A DNA stretch of 63,916 nucleotides, the filler included, from Collodictyon triciliatum (taxonomy: Eukaryota): the NCBI GenBank assembly GCA_043381765.1. It is 8 parts of 8 records of this genome, joined end to end, with 100 filler letters (N's around TTAATTAATTAA, not from the genome) between each part and the next. Parts side by side here need not be neighbours in the genome. Positions count along the whole stretch, not along the records: positions 53,196 to 61,971 come from JBHJMP010003296.1; positions 62,072 to 63,916 come from JBHJMP010003413.1; 6 more parts are not named here. One strand, 5' to 3'. The translations under genes and the position numbers were made by a program. The notes under the pieces were generated by a model, which ran no database searches, had not been told where the DNA came from, and saw only the letters and a program-made list of their open reading frames with translations. Below, in pieces: positions 58,501-63,916 of the stretch; the stretch's first letter is position 1; each line of letters opens with the position of its first letter.

Positions 58501-60012
58501 CGAGTAAAATTTCAAAGTCGAACAAGACCATCATCATCGATGAATTATGCGAAAAAGGATATGAGAGTCGCGCATGCTCTAAATGCCAAGATGGCTACGG
58601 CAGCCGGGGAAGAACTTGCGTCAAGTGTGAAAACATGGAAACCTATTTTACTTTGACTCTCAGCTTTATTGTATTTTGGTCTTTTGTAATCCATTTATTT
58701 CGCTCAGAAACATCGAAATCAGGTTAGTGATATTATGACGTAGTATTCAAAGCTGACATCTAATATATACTTTTGATTTAGCTAAGCTAAGAATCATCAT
58801 GTTTCACATGCAAACACTTTCGATCGTCTCTTCTGGGCTCGTTAAGTCTGAAAATGCAAGTTACTTTCTCGACATTTCTTCATCGATAGGTTCGATTCAA
58901 TTTCCCAATGTATCATGTGCACTTGGAGAGCTAGGTATGTTTTATTCCCTCCTGATTAGTTATGGACGGATACCCCTTTTTACAATTGCTGGCTCAGCTG
59001 CGTATTATTTGGGGTATGGGCATAAGCAGGATAAGGTAATAAAGTAATTGTTGATTTGGTTATTGTGTCTGTATTAAATAAGCTAATTTGAAACCTTGTA
59101 TACGCTAGGCTGTTTTTATTGCCCTGAATCTTCTATTCTTCATTTACTACTCGGTTGCAAGGGACGTCTTTGGCGTTTTTGGATGCACTGTATATGATGA
59201 CGGAGAAAGTGTTTGGTTTTTGAATTACGCACCATGGATTAGGTGCAGCCCGGCATCTGACGAATATCTGAATTTGGTTGCATTGTCAGTCCCAGTTTTG
59301 GTTTTCTTCCTGGTTGGATTTCCAGTTTTTGTTTGGTGGAAAGTGAAAATAATGTTCAATAGACCTGGATACGAGTCAGAAGCGCGATATGGATTTCTAT
59401 ACTTGCCATATAAAGAGGTATAATGTGTTTCTCGAACTAATGAAAGCATCTTAATTCCTTAAAAACACATGATGCCTTTGGATAAGGCACTGTACTAACA
59501 ATCTCCTTTAGAACTTCAAGTACTGGGAGTTTGTCGTCATCGCTCGTCGAATCGCCTTTTCATTCATCCTTAGTGTCATTCCGTACACAAGTCCATCTGT
59601 TTTTTTCCTTCTCCTTGTGGTCGTTATTCAGGTTTGGAAGCAAAGCATTTTCCTTTATGATTGCTGGGAGAGAATTTTTATATCGGTTCTAAAAATGTAC
59701 GGTTATATGCAGGGTTCAATTTGGATGCAAAAAGAGTACATGCCATACAACTCGAAAATTGAAAATCAAATGGAACTTTCCAGTTTGTATATTATTTTTG
59801 TGTCGTTCTTTCTAGTCCTTATTTCGACCTTACTCGGGTCTCAATCCTGGATTACTGTTTTGTTGATTGGAATGAACTCAGTGTGGCTGCTCTACTATGC
59901 AAGCATGGCATTTATCATTCCCCTCTTCAGGAGCAACACAATCAAGAGGGGTCTATTCAAAATGAAAAGTTTGACTAAAAGAGCACAATTACATGACCCT
60001 CTGCTGGATTGA
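55568..60012 (+). CDS. LRR + Cys-rich + ~7TM receptor-like protein (paralog B), apparently complete
   Basis: Signal peptide; LRR N-cap LYNLLDGDNW..W...ICRWYGVRC; roughly 20 LRRs; CKCLPGYIG Cys-rich region; TM module with FGC..LNYAPWIRC, RYGFLYLPYK, YWEFVVIARR, PY...ENQME; stop TGA 60010-60012. Confidence 0.9.
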
Positions 60013-60169
60013 AGGAGGATTTCAGATCCAAAATAAAGAAAAAAGCGAATTATATAACTAGAACATCTACCTATAATTTCAAAATTTGTAAAAATTCGAT
60101 TGAACAAATGCATCTATGTATATTATTACTTGGTTTACCTTGAGCCACATATGATTTGTTGGTTTCTTT

Positions 60170-61971
60170 TTAACAGTTCATGGAAAGACAACAAAGGTGA
60201 TATACCGTCTTCGCCTCTGAGACAAGAAATGAGCTGTGGACGAGACAGTGGAAAACCCCGGATTGTGTGGTTGGAGTTTTTGTGTTTTGGATGGAAGGAA
60301 AAGGAAAGAAAAAGAAAAAACAAGATAGAAAGGAGAGAAAGTGTTCACACGCAGACTATTCTATCCGAGGTGAATCAGCTCCAACGCGATTTCAGGTTGT
60401 GTTCGAGACTGACAGAAGAGCGGATAAAGTTGTCGAGTCGATGAAAGTACGCACATGGCCGTTACTTCGATAAGCGATTTCGACGAGTCCTTTCAACCGT
60501 CTATCTCAGACAAGGTTTACATCCTATTTCATTCCACAGGATGAGTCTTTTGAGGAGACAACGGGTCACTTTCCTTGCGTTTCTTGCTGGGCGACTCTGA
60601 CAAAAAGCGATACATCGTTGTTTGTCTGGAATTATCAGAAGTGGCGCTTGACCGTCCCCTGGCATCGGGACCATGCGTAGCCGGCAGTGGACTTTGCTTA
60701 ACCGGAGCATGGGTACGCGTTTGTGGTTTTAGAAACATACGCTCCTGCTTGCTCGGACTGTCTTTGGTGTGGAGTTCCAAGCTTGGATTCGACTTGTGGT
60801 GTTTGCTCTTGCTCCTTGGTTCTCGGTGCGACGGTCTGGAGCAGGATAAACGGACTATCTTTGGTGGGCGCTGGTTCTTGTGTTGCCTTCGCTTTGGAGT
60901 ATCCTTTCGGATAAGTAACGAAGACTGCCTTGAGGCCTTCTATGTTAACCATATTCACGTCAGTCTGAATGGGTAGTTTAAGGGGGGATTTCTTTCGGGG
61001 TTTGGAGATGCGCTGCTCTTGGGTCTTGTGATGTGCTGACTTGTCCAGCGTTGGCGGTGGAGGGCTCGAGTGCGAAGATTCTGAAGAGGAACCGAGATTT
61101 CCTTCCATGTCATCGTCGCTGTCGCTGAGTGCGCGTATCTGCTGTGAGTCATGTGGACTCTGTTGTTGCCGGGCCTTGGCTTCCTTGACCCCGTTGCTGC
61201 TTGTCTGCTTGGCGGGTGTATTCTATTGCGGGGTTTTGCTTTTCATTCGCTTTTCGCGGCTGGCGGACGCTCTTTGAGGATGCGCTTTAGACACTTTTTA
61301 CTCATGACCGTAAACTTTGCAGAGAGCTGGTACTTATGGCAATGAAGCTTCACCACGGCCGTGTCTGTGAAGAAGCCTTTGTCCTTTTTGATCTCCACAT
61401 GGGTCGGTCTGAACGGCTCCAGCTCCTCACGAAGGTGTTGCGGCCACACGTCCAGCGGTAGTTGGTAGATCATCACCGAGGTCTCTGTTGGTTTACTTTT
61501 GCTGAAGCTGATCGTAATATCGATCAAACTTACCTGCCTCAGTTCTAGAAGCTTTCCGGTGTTTTCTGCAGTGCGGAAGGCAATCAGGCAAAGGCCTTCG
61601 CTGTTCGGTAAGCGCAATTGGATGGACTCTTCCCAAAGTTTGTTCGCTTTCAAGAAGGAGGCGAGCGCATCTGTTAGCCTGCGGGCCTTGTTCTTGTTAT
61701 AAACGACTTGCTCGACCCCGTGCAAAAATACTGTCCGATCAGACAGACTTGCAGGCGGCTTCCTTGCACGGGTCTTCCTAGACTTACGTGCAACTCGGGG
61801 TTTTTCCGCGCCAGTGTTGGAACCAGAAGAGCTGGCTGCAACTTGCAAAGCCTTCGACGGGTCGCGGCTTGCGCCGATCTCCCCGTCTCGGCTCGTGTTT
61901 TCCATCAGGCGCGGGAAGCTTGATTGAAAATCAGGCGCGGGAAGCTTGATTGAAAATCAGGCGCGTGATTG
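60170..61971 (-). mobile_element. putative degenerate non-LTR retrotransposon 5' portion (ORF1-like, RRM-like) with 5' tandem repeats
   Basis: Intronless GC-richer block; ORF 61243..61905 has TVFLHGV and SVMIYQLPLDVWPQHLREELEPF (ORF1 RRM-like), followed by a stop/frameshift-broken S/P/K-rich continuation. Confidence 0.5.
61905..61971. repeat. 26-bp tandem repeat TCAGGCGCGGGAAGCTTGATTGAAAA
   Basis: Exact copies at 61905-61930 and 61931-61956, then an internally deleted third copy running into the contig end. Confidence 0.92.
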
Positions 61972-62071
61972 NNNNNNNNNNNNNNNNNNNNNNNNNNNNN
62001 NNNNNNNNNNNNNNNTTAATTAATTAANNNNNNNNNNNNNNNNNNNNNNNNNNNNNNNNNNNNNNNNNNNN

Positions 62072-62163
<92 letters not shown>

Positions 62164-62577
62164 GCAAACAATTTTATCAAATTTCATTTCATCTCTGTTT
62201 CTTACACAACAAATAGAGGCAAAAGTCGGTCATGTACCTCATGAAAACTACTCGCAAAGTTAACAAGGAGGTTTGTCTGTGGATAATCCATGAAAAAAAT
62301 TTATGTCCATCGATTAATTTAAAAAAACCTTTTTTTTTCTTTTTTCTTTTTGGTAAAATGAATAGGGTTACCTTTACAAGAAGAGTCGTAATCTGTCCAT
62401 GAAAGATTGGAATCGAAGATATTTTGTCATCCGAAACGGGCAAATGTTTTACTACAAACAACACAAGGTTCATCCCACGAAGCAATTAATCGCCCATTGG
62501 TCATTGAAAAACAAATGTCATCTTCGACTTTAGAACATAAAAAAAAAATTGTAATTTAATCGCTACACGTCAAACAG

Positions 62578-63778
62578 GATAACATACCACAAGGGTCTAT
62601 GAATCTCATGCTAACATCCGTGAAAGAAGTATCCACATCTGATCAAACATTTTGCATGGAACTTATAACCAACCAACGCTCATATCTCCTCCAAGTTTGT
62701 AATATAATTAACAGCCTTTCATTACTGAAGAAAAAAAAAGTAATTTTACGTTTTCCTATCAAGCAAATCATAATTGATCATAATGAAAAAGGCTGAGAGT
62801 CCACAGGAGCTGAGAGAGTGGATTTCCGTGATTCAAAACTGTACCACAACACTCTTGGAGGCTCAAATGATTGCAAACAGCCCAGAAACTAGCGATGTGT
62901 ATGTGCTGATTTCCATGATTTTTGAATAAAACTCATTCGGTGCTTTCTTTCCGTTGTAACTCTATACCCCAAATGCATTGCTATCAACCAGAAATGACCC
63001 ATTAACTGCGCTCTGGTCGTGCAATCCAAAAAATCGAGAATGTGCAGACTGTGGTTCTCCAGGTTTGTTTCATTTAATATTGAGTGGGTTTCTTTTCATA
63101 TAATGCAAGGAATTACCAAAGCATAAAGACTCTAATTGAGCTAGAAATACTCCCCATTTTATTTGCTCCTTTTATATACACAATCTACTCCTCACCATTG
63201 TCCCGTCAATATGACAGACCCTGAATGGGCCTCCATAAACCTTGGTATCCTGCTATGTATCGGATGTTCGGGTATTCACCGCAGTCTTGGTGTACACGTT
63301 TCGAAAGTCAGATCGCTCACGCTTGACAGATGTGACAACAATCTGCTGAATGTGATTGACTCGCTTTCACAATATTGATATTGTGTCCTGTGGAAAAGAT
63401 GATACCAAGTACTTTTTTTTTTTTTTTTATAAACTCTCTTTATTACTTGTTCGAATAGTATATGAAGGCAATCGGGAATCAATTTGCAAATTCCGTCTGG
63501 GAGTCTAGCACTACCGTGAGATTGTCTTTAACCACAGAACAGTACGTATAGCATGAAACGCCAGCACAAAACAAATTATTGCAAATAAAAAAAATAATTG
63601 TACCTAAATAAATTCAAGTATATAATAAGTTATTTAGAGCTTGAAAGTAAAACATATAACCGTATAACCGTATAATTGCTATACTACCAGACCGTCCAAG
63701 CAGACATACATTCAAGAAAAGTATGCATCAAAAAAGTTTGTGTCCAAGTACCATGGCTCCCAGGAAGAACTAGACGAG
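62578..63778 (+). CDS. PH + ArfGAP protein (ACAP/centaurin-like), internal fragment
   Basis: PH end [92 protein letters not shown]. Confidence 0.88.
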
Positions 63779-63916
63779 GTTCGTTTCATACTTACCCATC
63801 TCGGAATCAGGTTATGTGTGAAAAGAGCAAAAAAAAAAAAAAAAAAAACCCTTCTCCTAAAAAATATTTAATTCTTTCCAAAATTTTCTACATCTATATA
63901 AAGAAAACAAAACCAC

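Noticed and set aside
61905-61971. CRISPR-like direct repeats
   Set aside because: Head-to-tail with no spacers, eukaryotic context and no cas genes.

Overview
Eukaryotic (probably protist) draft-genome sequence, not one locus. It is eight unrelated contigs, the seven before the last linker each about 8.76-8.78 kb, joined by an artificial 100-nt linker (44 N + TTAATTAATTAA + 44 N). Most contigs end in microsatellites. Genes are intron-rich (GT-AG) and use the standard code. Recognisable genes: a PATROL1/Munc13-homology protein, TRM10, two paralogous LRR-Cys-rich-multi-TM receptors, a SCAF4/8-type CID protein, a GH16 beta-1,3-glucanase, a class II DYRK kinase, an RNFT-like protein, dynein light chain LC8, peroxisomal acyl-CoA oxidase, two ArfGAPs, a class V PLP lyase, an NHL-repeat protein and a ROCO GTPase with a DUF4062-like domain. 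There are also two orphan polytopic membrane proteins and retroelement relics. Best leads: (1) a ~280-370 nt highly base-paired candidate ncRNA at ~43.1-43.5 kb with RNase P/MRP-like topology but non-canonical core motifs; (2) LRR receptors built from symmetric 69-nt one-repeat exons with variable exposed residues; (3) a Roc-COR-DUF4062 fusion. Items 2 and 3 suggest an innate-recognition toolkit. All family calls come from manual translation and recalled motifs; no database search was run.
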